From positions 106,394,001 to 106,458,000 of the forward strand of contig NC_086097.1 in assembly GCF_963921235.1 (NCBI RefSeq): 64,000 nt of DNA. The letters run 5' to 3'. A program made the position numbers and the translations under genes. A model generated the notes under the pieces. The model saw only the letters and a list, made by a program, of their open reading frames with translations, ran no database searches and was not told where the DNA came from. Below, one piece after another: positions 49,791 through 62,698 of the stretch. Source of the stretch: Mobula hypostoma (taxonomy: Eukaryota). How positions within the stretch are numbered: the first letter of the stretch is position 1; each line of letters starts with the position of its first letter.

Positions 49791-51300
49791 CTTCTGGTAA
49801 TGGAGATCTCCCCTTTAAGAGGTGCTGATGAGGTAGTGTGAGTTACATTTTGTAGATAGCACTCAACTCAGCTACTGTGCAGTGGCAGTGAAGAGAATGA
49901 ATATATAGGGTCTTTGAGTGCCAATCAAGCATGATGTTTTATTCTGGATGGGGTCAAGCTTCTTGTGAATTGTTGCCGCAGTTCTGATCTCGGCACATGT
50001 TGGGAATAGCTATACTATTGAATGTCAAGGGTAGGTGGTTATGCTTTTGTCATATTGGAGGTGGTCCTTGCTGGGCACTTCTGTGGTACAAATGATACTT
50101 GTTACTTAAGTTATCAGGGAATACTGAATGTCGTCTAAATCTTGTGACAAGTATGATATCTTCTGTGTCCAGTGTCTTAGAAAGCCAGGAGAGCACAATT
50201 TAGGAAGGTGTTTTGGAACTCAACACTTGGAGTTGGAAACATTTGTTAAAATATGTTTTACTTTACTACCAGTTTACTAAGTTGGAGAGCAATAAATAGC
50301 TAATTGTTGATTGAGTTCACATTTATAGTTCCACGTTAAGCATAATGATGCTAAGATACATCTTAGGATACACTGGGACCCATCATCAGTGATGCTACCT
50401 GAGGTCATTAGATGTTTTGGGTCCTGCAACATCAGACATGCTCGCCCAGGCGGCCCAGCCAAAGTTGATCAGGCCTTGGCTCATGTCCCAGCAGCATTGG
50501 TCTATGGGTTACACCTCTTGCTCCATGTCCATCTGGAGGCTTGCTCATACAATTCTGTTACCATCTTTCAGCTGGTTCAGTAGTAGTAGTTGTCAAACAT
50601 AGATTACAGTTATAAGGTTAACATTACTAAACCATTGTTCAACTTCTATGTAAATAAGTGAATTGTAATTTCCATGTTTATGTACCAATTAAACTTGGGC
50701 TGGCTTTGTTATGGAAGTAGCTACTGAAGATACACATTAGAAACTTGGGCATGTAAGGCCCACCACTTCCTGAACATTACTACAGCAGCTGAAAAAATAC
50801 TGCCTATGTGGGAAATACTACAATGGTTTGAATGTCAATTTGATTTAATTATTATTTATTAGATGCTTATTTCCATAAAATTTAGGATAAACAGCATCCA
50901 TGGACAATGATTCCAAGTCAGACTTTTTCCACAGATGAGGTGTAAAACCATGTACTCCACACTTTTAACCGAGCCTGTCTGGCAAGAAAGGGATCGGGGT
51001 GTAATATCCATTTTATACTCTATAAAACAAGAGACAATTAGCCTCTATTTTATAGATTATGATGGTTTATTCTGATTTTAATATTAGCTGCCCAACCTGA
51101 GCTAAAAATATTTTTGGGCATTACAACATAATTACAGAATTAGAAGCCAATAATCCTCAGTAAAAATTTTGCCTGAAAGCAGCTCAGATCAATAAACACA
51201 ATTCTTTTAGGAGAAACTTACAATCACTACAGTACATGATTGAAAAGTGTATAAACTTGTATTTTTGGTGGATTTACTTCTCATCATTCAAACCCTAACA

Positions 51301-52033
51301 CAGCGGTCCCCAATCACTGGGCCGTGGACTGGTACCGGGCTGTGAGGAAAGGATATGAGTCAGCTGCACCTTTCCTCATTCCCTGTCACACACTGTTGAA
51401 CTTGAACATAGGGTTGCCAACTGTCCCATATTTGGCAGGACATCCCATATATTGGGCTAAATTTGCTTTGTCCCGTATTTCCCCTGCTAAGGTAGAGCAT
51501 TCCTATGAAACCTTTCATGCCAAAATGGCGTGAAGTGAAGAAGCAATTACCATTAATTTATATGGGAAAAATGTTTGAGCGTTCCCAGACCCAAAAAATA
51601 ACCTAACAAATCATACCAAATAACACATAAAACCGAAAATAAATAACACTAACATATAGTAAAAGCAGGAATGATATGATAAATACACAGCCTATATAAA
51701 GTAGAAATAATGTATGTACAGTATAGTCGGGAAGGTGAAGGCAAAACCGATTTGTGGGGGAAAAAAAATCGGCACGTATGCGCATGCGCACACAGGTGCC
51801 CGCACAAGGCTTCATGGTCATGGTAGTCTTTCCTGGGGTAAAGTGTCTCGGGATGTGACTGCTACTTTAGTCCCTTATTTGGGAGTGAGAAAGTTGGCAA
51901 CCCTAACTGTAAAAGACATGTTGAGGTGAGTTTAACCATACTTGAACACCGCCCACCCCCCCACTCAGCCGGTCTGCAAGAATATTGTCAATATTAAACC
52001 GGTCCGCGGTGCACAAAAGGTTGGGGACCCCTG
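51301..52033. mobile_element. hAT (Charlie-like) non-autonomous DNA transposon
   Basis: TIRs cagcggtccccaa / ttggggacccctg; perfect 8-bp TSD ccctaaca. Confidence 0.92.
51409..51940. mobile_element. Second hAT-type element nested inside the first
   Basis: TIR tagggttgccaact / agttggcaacccta (51892-51905); 8-bp TSD cttgaaca at 51401-51408 and 51941-51948. Confidence 0.8.
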
Positions 52034-52429
52034 CCCTAACACACTGAATTTGAATGACTGATGTTATAGCACAAATCGTGTATTGTATTATATGTAGCTG
52101 GAAGGTGTAGCAGTGTTTTGCTACCTAATGTTAAAGCTTTCAGTTAAAGCCACTACATAGTTTTATGTGAAATATGATCTTCTTTTACTGATAAAAACTT
52201 GCAAACCTTATCAAAAATGGTTCATGATTTCTATGCACCAAAGGGCTTTCTTGCCTGAGGAGTTCTGCGAGGAGCTGAATCGATCTGAGGTCACAGGACT
52301 ACTTCAGAACATGAAACAAATTGGACAGTCACATTTTGGTCAGCTCACCAAGATAAATAACTCAGTTTTCACTTTGGTAATATATATTTCACAAATAAGC
52401 AGGAAAAAATGGTTGAGGAGGTTTTGAAA

Positions 52430-53230
52430 GGTGGAGCTTAGTCAAGATGGCGCTAAATGGCGACTCCTTTGCTTGCATCTTCGGAAACAGCTCCATTTCC
52501 ATCTTTAATATCTCTATTTTTCCCTTTCAGGGTTCTTCTGAAGGCCCTGGCCTGGAGTTACACACTGACCTCGGTTCTTTGCGGGAATGGGGCTCATTCT
52601 CAGGTTGTCATAACAGGCTGTATTCCGACGTGCCAAGGGCATGGCCTAAGAGTTCAGCTCACCTTTGGAGGCCTAGAATCTCAGGGCTCTGGAGACAGGC
52701 AGATCGAAAGTCAGTGTCCTGAACCGGTGTGTCATAGGAGCTGGAAGATCTTTGGCTATGTGCCCAGACCTGAGATCTTTGGGCACAGAGCGCAGAAAAA
52801 GCAACGCAATGGACTTCTAACATCGAAAACCAGCGAGTTGTTTGTTATGTCTCCCCTCTCGCTGTGAAACGGAGTCACCTCTTTCTCCCTTATTAGGGAA
52901 AGAGAGAACTTGTGGTATGTCGAATACCAGGTAAAGTCTTTGGGGTACTGCAAGTCTGTGTCTTTGCTGTTGCTTTTGCTGCATACTTGAGTGCTCGGTG
53001 GCAGGTGCCAGTGTGCTTTTATTTGCTGGTGAGGGGAGGGGGATCATTACTTGCTGCCACTTACATGTGGGAAGAGGGGAGCCGGGGGGGACTTTGGGAT
53101 TCTAGCATTTAACTATCATTCATTCTTTGGGGCACTCCTCTGTTTTCATGGAGGGTTGCAAAGAAAAGCATTTTAGGAGGTATGTTGTATACATTTCTCT
53201 GACATTAAACATACCTTTGAAACTTTTGAA
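52430..53230 (+). mobile_element. Apparently full-length non-coding retroposon (head aagatggcg)
   Basis: 3' 500 bp colinear with the TSD-flanked copy at 6014-6497; tail tgacattaaacatacctttgaaacttttgaa; no tRNA A/B boxes seen. Confidence 0.75.
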
Positions 53231-53774
53231 AATTCCATGGATCAACAGGGTCGTACTGGGCAACAGAACCCCATTCAATCTATTTTAAGTCTGATGCATC
53301 TGCTGTATTCCAGGGACCTTTCAGGATAACTCTGATTTGCACTGAGCTGTTTACCAACAAACTTGTTAAGTACGATCACGAGAAGGGGGATGGTGAAACA
53401 AGTTGGTGAAGTGGGGGTTTTACTTACACTGCTTCCACTTCTCATCTACTAGCAAACACAGAACAACTCTGGTGACCTGAGTGGTGCACCTTGAAGCGTA
53501 CTTCTAGATATGTTGGAGCAATTCCCCCTTCGTCTTTCTGGTACAGCATACCTGTGTGGGGTAACTTTCCTCTCTTGGACTGAACTACCTATTTCCACCT
53601 TGAGTTTAAATGAATTCGATCTCACTGAAATGTACAAGACTTTTACAGGACTTGCTCGGGTAGACGCAGAGTTGTTATTCCTTGACTGGGTAGTCTTGAC
53701 CTAAGCATCATAGCCTCAACGCAAGGGATCAGCCATTAAAGGCAGCTTCAGAAGATAGTCACAAAGCCCTAGAT

Positions 53775-54430
53775 TTATACTGCAGGAAAAAGAGCCCTTC
53801 AATCCAATTCATCAAGCTGTACAAAGTACCTTGCTGAGCTAGTCCCATTCATCTTCACTTCACCCAAATCCCTCTAAATGCTTCCTATCTTGTACTTGTC
53901 AAAACTGTATTTGAAATGTTGTAATTATACCCACCTCTCCGACTTCCTCCGGCAGCTCATTCCATATACCCACCACTCTCTCTGAGAAAAATTTGCCTCT
54001 CAGGCCCACTTTAAATTGTTCCCCTCTCACCTTGACCCTATATCCTCTAGTTTTAGATCCTCCTAACGTATCATCCTTTCTAAGCCTCTCTATAAGGTTA
54101 GCCCTCAGATTGCTTCACTCCAGGAAAAATAGTCACTGTGTTTCTGTCTCATAATTCAAGCCTTCTGGTACCAGAAACATCCTTGTGAACCTTTTCCCTG
54201 TCTTTTCTAGCCGAATCACTTTTGTTTTCTAGTATGGCGAACAGAAATGCACACAATTATAGTTATAGGACATCCCAACTCTTGTACTCATTACCCTGTC
54301 CAATAAAGGCAAATATGCCACATGCCTTCTTACCCTTCTACTTTCCTATACCACCACTTATAAGGAACTGCTTACTTGTATCCCTAAGTCCCTCTGTTCT
54401 TCAAGACTCCCAGGGCCTGTCAATTCACCC
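53775..54430 (-). mobile_element. Old CR1 3' fragment
   Basis: Reverse complement of ttctcagagagagtggtgggtatatggaatgagctgcc and other CR1 C-terminal blocks. Confidence 0.75.
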
Positions 54431-54869
54431 AGAGGATGGAATTCTGGAACTTCCTATTCAAGAGGATGATCAGTATCTTTTTGAAGAATCAAATGATAGG
54501 GTTAGTATTGGAGAGTCTGCTCAGTTATAATCTCTGAATGGTGGAGCAGGCACTCGGAACAAATGGCCATTTTTTTTTACATTCTTCCATTCTCAATCTG
54601 TTCTGTGATCTCCACCTGTCAAGACTAGTAATTCCAATTTTTTTCTTCTTCCCGTAACTATGGTTACCCTTCTATGACACTTGACTGAGCCATCAGCTCT
54701 ATCTTTTTCATTTCCAACACCTGTCTATCCTCCAACCCAGAATCCTTTTGTCTTCATTTTCCACCTTATCAGTCATCACTTACAATGGATTGTTCTACAT
54801 AACTTTTGACACCATTAATCATACATCTTCCTTCTCCCTTCCACCTCAGCAATCTGGAAAACTATTTCC

Positions 54870-55070
54870 TCTGTGACCTCCCTTTAAGTCTCTCATTCAC
54901 CCTAACAATGCATCTCAAATCTTGTTTCACTTCTAAGTACTCGTAACCTTCCCACTTCTGATGAAAGTTCATCAAACTGAAATATTAACTCTGTGTCGCT
55001 CTCCACAGATGTTGCTTGACATGCCATTTCCAGCATCCTCTAATTTTAATTCAGATATCCAGCATCTGCA
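54870..55070 (+). mobile_element. Penelope-like terminal repeat remnant with hammerhead-like core
   Basis: ctgatga-aagtt..aact-gaaa at 54958, followed by acagatgttgcttgac...tccagcatctgca. Confidence 0.6.
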
Positions 55071-55084
55071 TTAATTTATTTTTT

Positions 55085-55603
55085 GGATCACTGATACCAG
55101 AAAGTAAGGAACATGCCAATGTTTGAATGACTGAAGTGCTGGGCCAGATTAAAAAGGTTTCGGTATCGAACCTTTGCCCCAAGAGGGTATCAAAGTGACA
55201 GGGGGAGGGTCCAAGAGCGAGGAACGACCCACTATTTAGCCTATTTAAGCACCGGGCCAAAATGAAAAGTTCAGGTTATCGGGGCCAGAGGTGAGTGACG
55301 GGCCAGTGTTCAGCTTGCTGCTCATGGGGTTTACTCATCTCTGTGCTGAACTGAGGCCGTAACCTACGATTAACTAGCTCTGCAGTGATAAACTGGCTTC
55401 ATGGCTGTGGAGTCACTTTTGTGAACTTCATTTCTGAATGCTATTTGCTTACTTTTCTCTGTTTGCATGATTTTTTTCTTGCACTTTGGGTGTTTTGAGT
55501 CTTTTTTTCAATGGGTTCTATTGGGTTTCTTTGTTTTGTAGCTGCCTGTACGGAGATGAATCTCAAGATTGTATGTAGAATATATACTTTGAACTTTGAT
55601 AAA
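55085..55603 (+). mobile_element. Non-autonomous retroposon with Rex1-like tail
   Basis: Colinear with 58430-58755 and 1820-2141; tail gaatctcaagattgtat..tactttgaactttga. Confidence 0.75.
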
Positions 55604-56896
55604 GTATTGGATTCATTTTCACAAGCCAGCTCTTCATTTATATTGAAGTAACTTATTAAATATCCCATAATCTTAATCATCTCATCTTTGAGTTATCATC
55701 ATTCAGTCACCATTGAGTTATCATTTCAGTCGATACAACAAGTACCTACTTTACTCAAGAATGTTATTATGGTCCAGCATGTTAAAATATGAAAACTTGT
55801 CTACAAATAGCTGATAGATACCACAGTAAATTCAAACCAAGGATAATGTATACATATAGCATTGATATTCACTCCATTCTGATAGCCTACTTCTAATTAC
55901 AACACAGCACAATCCTTTTATATATCGAAATCCATGCTTCAAATTGCAGTATGTCACAGAGATGAATATATTCTACTGATGCCATCGATCAGTGCCACTT
56001 TAAACTGCCACTCCATGAGGAACTGATTGACGTAAGCTAAACCTCTTGCGAACTCTGAAAATGTCAAAGAATGGTGATAATAATATAGCAAAGATCTTCT
56101 ATAAACTGTCAGCAACATGAGATGAAACAAAAGATGAGAAGTTTTCTCGGAGAACATGAAAAGCTAAACCTGTGTTGTGCTTTGTTCAAAAAAATTTAAA
56201 ATGCTGATATGAACCATAATTGACCAGACTTATGCTGTAGAGAAATATTCCCTGCACAATCAAGCAGGTCACAAATTAAAACTGTAGTTGCAAATACTAG
56301 ATAGGAAAATGGGGATTAACAGTTGGAATACAGTCTGGAGTATCTGCTTTTTACTACAATAACTTAAATGCTTTGGATCATTACTTTGGCACTCCATGCC
56401 CGAAACTAAAGATTTGATGTAACTCAAGCATCAAAATGCAGTGAAAATAATCACAAGGTGGTGCAAAAGCGGAACATTAAATAATATGTGTAAGGGATTA
56501 GTAACCTGTGACTTACATTGAGCTCCTGATCCTGACTAGGCCAAATACGATGATGTCTGAACAGAAAGTAACGAGGTAAACAATTGAAGATGTATCAGGA
56601 ATCTGCTAAGGGACTTGTGATGTCTGGTTTATGCTGATACAAACCCTTTCAGGCAAAAATAAATGCAGGAACACAGACAGGTAAATAAATGGAAACTTAT
56701 TTAGCTGCCTCTGTTTGTTAAGTCTAAGGACCTGTGCTGAATAACTGGCTGAAGTGTTCACTGAGATCTTTAACCTATTGCTTCAGCAGTCTGAGGTACG
56801 CAACTGCAACAATACCCACACCTAAGAAGAACCTAGTAACCTGCCTCAATGACTATTGTTCAGGAATGCTTACGCTCCAGTGATGGAGTCATTGAG

Positions 56897-57222
56897 CCAT
56901 AGAGAAGTACAGCATAGAAACAGGCCCTTCAGCCCATCCAGTCCATGTCAAAGCCATGTGCCTACTCCCATTGTCCTGCGCTGTGACCACAGTCCTCCAT
57001 AGCCCTACCATCCATGTACCTATCCAAACTTCTCTTAAACATTGAAATTGAGCTCGCATACACCACTTATGCTGGCAGTTCATTCCACACTCTCACGACC
57101 CTCTGAGTGAGGAAGTTTTCCCTCATGTTCCTTAAAATTCTCACCTTTCACCCTTAACCCATGACCTCTGGTTGTTGTCCTACCTAACCTCAGTTGAAAA
57201 AGCCTGCTTGCATTTACCCATC
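56897..57222 (-). mobile_element. CR1 3' fragment nested in Rex1
   Basis: Reverse complement of cctcactcagagggtcgtgagagtgtggaatgaactgcc; CR1 3'UTR gaagggcctgtttctatgctgtac. Confidence 0.85.
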
Positions 57223-58339
57223 TATGGAGTGGTTAGTGATGAAACATATCAACTCCAGCCTGAGAAGCAACTTCAATCCACTCCAATTTGCCGACTAGAG
57301 CAATAGGTCCACAGCAGATGCCATCTCAATGGCTCTTCGCTCAACGCTGGAATATTTGGACAATGAAGAGGCATATATCAGGATGCTCTTTATCGACTAC
57401 AGCATGGCATTCAATACTATCACCCTCTCAAAACATATCAATAAGCTTCAGGATCCTGGCCACAGTACTTGCTTGTGCAATTACATCCTCAGTTTCCTCA
57501 CTTGCAGACCTCAGTGAGTTCAGATTGGCAACAACATTTACTCCACAATCTCCATCTGCTTAGCCCCATGCTCTACTTGCTTTACATTTGTGACTGTGTG
57601 GCTAAGCACAGCTCCAATACCATATTCAAGTTTGCTGACAACACCACTGTTGTAGGTCGAATCAAAGGTGGTGACAAATCAACATATAAGTTGGAGATTC
57701 AAAACCTGGCTGAGCAGTGCCACAATAGCAACCTCTTACTCATCGTCTGCAGGACCAAGGAGCTGATTATTGACTTTCGCAGGAGGAAACTTCAAGTCCC
57801 TGAGCCAGTCCTCATCAGCGGAACCGAGGGTCAGCAACTTTAAATTCCTCAGTATTATCATTTCAGAGAACCTGTCCTGGGCCCAGCTCATGAGTGCAAT
57901 TAAGAAGAAAGCATGACAGTACCTCTATTTCCTTAGGAGTTTGTGAAGGTTCAGCATGACATCTAAAACTAAAAAATTTCTATAGATGTGTGGTGGAGAG
58001 TATAATGACCGGCTGCATCACAGCCTAATATGGAAACACTAATGCCCTTGAATGGAAAATCCTACAAAAAGTAGTGAATATAGCCAGTCCATCACAGGTA
58101 AAGCCCTCGCATCATTAAGCACAAGTACACGGAGTGTTTTTGCAGGAAAGCAGCATCCATCGTCAGGGACCCCCATCACCAAGTCATGCTCCCTTCTCAC
58201 TGCTGCCATCAGGAAGAAAGCACAGGAGCTTCAGAATTCACACCACCAGGTTCAGGAAGAGTTATTAGGCCCTGAACCACAGGGGACAACTTCACTTGCA
58301 CCATCGTTGAAACATTCCCACAACCTATGGATTCACTTT

Positions 58340-58755
58340 CAAGAGTCTTAAGAGCCAAGCTAAATCGGAAAAGTCAGTTACAGGACGAATTGAAGCAGCA
58401 GTCTCCAGGCCCGAGAGTGTATCGAAGCAATTGAACCCAATGTTTGGACGTCGATTTAGGCTGCAGGCCAGATTGAAAAGGTCAGAGTGTCGAGGCCTAA
58501 GGTGAGTGACTGGCCGGTTCAGATCGCTGCTGCATGAAGTTTACTCGACTCTGTGCTGAATTATGAGACTTGAGAACTTCAGTTCAAAATGCTATTTGAT
58601 CGCAGGTTTTTTTTCTCTGCATATTGGAGGCTGGATGGTCTTATTTTAATGGGTTCTTTTGGGTGTCTTTGTTTTGTGGCTGCCTGCTAAGAGACAAATC
58701 TCAAGGTTGTATAATGTACACATACTTTGCTAATAAATGTACTTTGAACTTTGAT
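58340..58755 (+). mobile_element. Non-autonomous retroposon nested in the Rex1 3'UTR
   Basis: Host reads ttcactttcaag...|...atctcat across it; shared tail aatctcaaggttgtataatgtacacatactttgctaataaatgtactttgaactttga. Confidence 0.75.
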
Positions 58756-59073
58756 GGATCTCATCTTCTCAATATTTATTATTATTTCTTCTTTCTTTTA
58801 GTATTTGCACAGTTTGCTGTCTTTTGCACAGTGGTTGTACACCTAGCTGGAGTGGTGTTTCATTGATTCTATTATGGTTATTGGATTTATTGAGTTTGCC
58901 TGCAAGAAAATGAATCTCAGGGTTGTATATCGTGACATGTCTACTTTGATACTAAATTTACCTTGAACTTCGAAAATTATTTATCCAAATAATTGTTTAT
59001 TGCACAATTATGCCAACATCAGAATCAGAAATAGGTTTATCATCTCTGTCTTATACAGTATGACATGAAATTT

Positions 59074-60193
59074 TAAACACAAATGAGTCTACTGATGCTG
59101 GAAATCCAGAACAACACACACAAAATGCTGGAGAAACTCAGCAAACAGTGGATGTTTTAGGCCATGACCCTCTATCAGGACAGGAAAGAAATGGGGAAGA
59201 AGCCAGAATAAGAAGGTGTGGGGAGAGGAAGAAGTACAAATCCGTGAACCTTCGCATCCCGCACAGCATTCTCCGCAAATTCTGCTACCTTCAACAAGAC
59301 CCTACCACCAAACTCATCTTTAATTTCCCCCTCACGCTTTCTGCAGGGATCTCTCCCTCTGTGATTTCTTTGTCCACTCGTCCCTCCCCACTAATCTCAC
59401 TCCTGACACTTATACTTGCAAAGGGAAGAAGTACCCATTCACCTCCTCCCTCACCTCCATTCAGGGCCACAAACAGTCCTTCAAGGTGAGGCAACACTTC
59501 ACCTGTGAATCTTTTGGGGTCATCTACTGTATCAGGTGCTCCCAATGCAACCTCCTCTACATTGGTGAGACTCGATGTTGACTGGGGGACCTCTTTGTTG
59601 AGCACCTTCACTTCATCTACAAAAAGCAGTTTTTCTAGGTGGCCAACCATTTTAATTCTAATCCCCATTCCCATTCTGACATGTCAGTCCACAGCCTCCT
59701 CTATTGCCATGATGAGGCCACTCTCGGGTTGGAGGACTGACATCTCATACTCTGTCTAGGTAGCCTCTAACTTGATGGATTTCTCCTATTCTGGTAATTT
59801 TCCCCTTCCCCCTTCCCTCATCTTTAATTCCTCACTCTGGCCCCCTCTTACTTCTTCTCTTCTTGTCACCTGTCTATCACCTCCCTCTGGTACCCCTCCT
59901 CTTTCCCTTTCTCACATGGTCCACCCTTATCTCCTATCAGATTCCTTCTTCTCCAGCCATTTCCCTTTTCCACTTATCACCTCCCAGCTTCTTACTTTAT
60001 TTCCTCCTCCTCCATTCACCTAGCTTCACCGATAACCTCTAGCTTGTACTCCTTCCCCTCCCTCCATTCTCTTATTCTGGCTTCCCCTTCCTTTCCAGCT
60101 CTGACGAAGGGTCTCTAAAATGCCTGAAATGTCGACTGCTTACTCATTTCCTCAGATGCTGCCTGGCCTGCTGAGTTCCTCCAGCATTTGTAC
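59074..60193 (+). mobile_element. Penelope-like element, 5'-truncated, with GIY-YIG endonuclease remnant and inverted terminal repeat
   Basis: 59460-59590 reads QGHKQSFKVRQHFTCESFGVIYCIRCSQCNLLYIGET; inverted pseudo-LTR at the 5' end; perfect 14-bp TSD atgacatgaaattt. Confidence 0.92.
60096..60138 (+). ncRNA. Minimal hammerhead-ribozyme-like motif in the Penelope terminal repeat (degenerate)
   Basis: cagct-CUGACGA-agg...cct-GAAA-u-GUC-gactg: both core boxes, stem II and a GUC cleavage triplet. Confidence 0.6.
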
Positions 60194-60766
60194 ATGACAT
60201 GAAATTTATCGTTTTGCAGCAGCAGTACTGTGCAAAGAAACCAATAGTTGTCTTCAATCAACTTCTTTTGCTCCAGTAGCTTTGCTACGTGGCTGCAGTG
60301 GCTGGAAAACATACAGGACTCAGAAGGCAGATAACTAGGGCCTATCCTTATCCTTCAATATTGATCCATCAGAACAGTGTGACCCTGAAAGACATTAGGC
60401 ACTCTCTTAGGGTGGTTAACTCACAAGTTCCCAGAGTACCTCCTGTTGACCATGAGGAAATTTCTCTGATGATTAACTACAGGCTCATCACTAAAGCTGC
60501 AGAAGCCTTGTGATTCTCTAGAGGCTCTGAATGTGAATTGGAGGTTAAGCTGCACATGACCTAATAATTTTGGAAGTCGGCAATGCCGGTGCATTCCAAC
60601 ACCTATGCTACCTCAGTCCTTGGGCTGAAGAAAAGGGAAGTAAGCTCAAGTCCAGATCAGGACTGCTGTTCTGAAGAGACTATTGCATTTATCAGCTCCA
60701 GCTACACTGAATAATCATAAAGCTGGACAGCTGAATTTGACCTCATCTATCAGAACAGGGTGTAAG

Positions 60767-61055
60767 GGTGCCATGGTAACACAGCAGTTAGTGTAACGCT
60801 ATTACAGCATCTGCGGCTCAGGTTCCATTCTGCCGCTGCCTGTAAAGAGGATGGCTGTAAGGAGGATGCCTGTAAGGAGGATGGCTATTCTCCCTGTGAC
60901 TGCGTGGGTTTTCGTCAGGTGCTCCAGTTCCCTCCCTCATTCCAAAACCATACCAGTTAGTAGGCTAATTGGCCACATGGGTAAAATCGGGTGGCACAGA
61001 CTCATTGGACTGGAAAGGCCTGTTACCATGATATATCTCGAAACAGAATAAAATA
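60767..61055 (+). mobile_element. V-SINE/HE1-like SINE with an internal 15-bp triplication
   Basis: gggtgccatggtaacacagcagttag..; tgtaaggaggatg(g/c)c x3 at 60841-60885; V-domain; tail aataaaataa. Confidence 0.8.
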
Positions 61056-61479
61056 ATAGCCCAGATACTGAAATGAACCTGTAGTTAAGGTTCAGATTTT
61101 ATTTCTGATTGCCCTGGTAAATGTATGCCCACTTACTGGGACAGGCAGAAATCAGGAGATGGCCTACTGTAGATTCTGCGGGGTGAGGCCATTGATGTTT
61201 TGGGTTCCTGTACAAGCTCAGTTTTGAAGTCTTCTCACAATAGCAGGGATGGAACTATGCATACACCCACTGCAAGTACTGAAATGATGGAGGTGAAGAG
61301 TGAATGCCTCACTGGTAGTGAATATAACCAGGCTTCAGACAGACCAGGAGCAGAATGCAGGACGTGCAATTAACGGCATACATAAGGGAGAAATAAAGCC
61401 TCAGAAGTTGTGCTCTTGCAGTAAAGGCAGTATATCTATGTTAGGAGTTAAGGTCTCATATTCAGATGTCTTGTGAGCT

Positions 61480-62698
61480 CTAGCCCCAACTAGGAGTTGA
61501 GGATGCCATCGTCTACCTGCTGAACCATGTCTACGCCCACCTGGACAAGCCAGCGAGCACTGTGAGGTTCATGTTTTTTGACTTCTCCAGGGCGTTCAAC
61601 ACCATCCACCCTGCTCTGCTGGGGGAGAAGCTGACAGCGATGCAGGTGGATGCTTTCCTGCTGTCATGGATTCTTGATTACCTGACTGGCAGACCACAGT
61701 ACGTGTGCTGGCAACACAGTGTGTCCGACAGAGTGATCAGCAGCACTGGGGCTCCACAGGGGACTGACTTGTCTCCCTTTCTCTTCACCATTTACACCTT
61801 GGACTTCAACTACTGCACAGAGTCAGAAAACATCTTCATAAGTTTTCTGATGATTCTGCCATAGTTGGATGCATCAGCAAGGGAGATGAGGCTGAGTACA
61901 GGGCTACGGTAGGAAACTTTGTCACATGGTGTGAGCAGAATTATCTGCAGCTTAATGTGAAAAAGACTAAGGAGCTGGTGGTAGACCTGAGGAGAGCTAA
62001 GGTACCAGTGACCCCTGTTTCCATCCAGGGGGTCAGTGTGGACATGGTGGAGGATTACAAATACCTGGGGATACGAATTGACAATAAACTGAACTGGTCA
62101 AGGAACACTGAGGCTGTCTACAAGAAGGGCCAGAGCTGTCTCTATTTCCTGAGGAGACTGAGGTCCTTTAACATCTGCCGGACGATGCTGAGGATGTTCT
62201 ACGAATCTGTGGTGGCCAGTGCTATCATGTTTGCTGTTGTGTGCTGGGGCAGCAGGCTGAGGGTAGCAGCCACCATCAGAATCAACAAACTCATTCGTAA
62301 GGCCAGTGATGTTGTGGGGATGGAACTGGACTCTCTCACGGTGGTGTCTGAAAAGAGGATGCTATCCAAGTTGCATGTCATCTTGGACAATGTCTCCCAT
62401 CCACCACATAATGTACTGATTCAGCACAGGAGTACATTCAGCCAGAGACTCATTCCACCGAGATGCAACACAGAGCATCATAGGAAGTCATTCCTGCCTG
62501 TGGCCATCAAACTTTACAACTCTTCCCTTGGAGGGTCAGACACCCTGAGCCAATAGGCTGGTCCTGGACTTATTTCCTGGCATAATTTACATATTACTAT
62601 TTAACTATTTATGGTTTTATTACTATTTAATTATTTATGGTGCAATTGTAACGAAAACCAATTTCCCCCGGGATCAATAAAGTATGACTATGACTATG
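61480..62698 (+). mobile_element. Rex1-type LINE, 5'-truncated, (atgact)n tail
   Basis: MFFDFSRAFNTI, GAPQGT.LSPFLF, KTKELVVDLRR, YKYLG, RKSFLPVAIKLYN. Confidence 0.93.

Larger units (their letters stand above)
56830..58975 (+). mobile_element. Degraded Rex1-type LINE with two nested insertions
   Basis: YIRMLFIDYSMAFNTI, CDCVAKHSSNTIFKFADNTT; 3'UTR ending gaatctcagggttgtatat..tttgatactaaatttaccttgaac. Confidence 0.9.

Noticed and set aside
55954..56157. Minus-strand ORF with several acceptor-like sites
   Set aside because: No matching strong donor and no recognisable peptide
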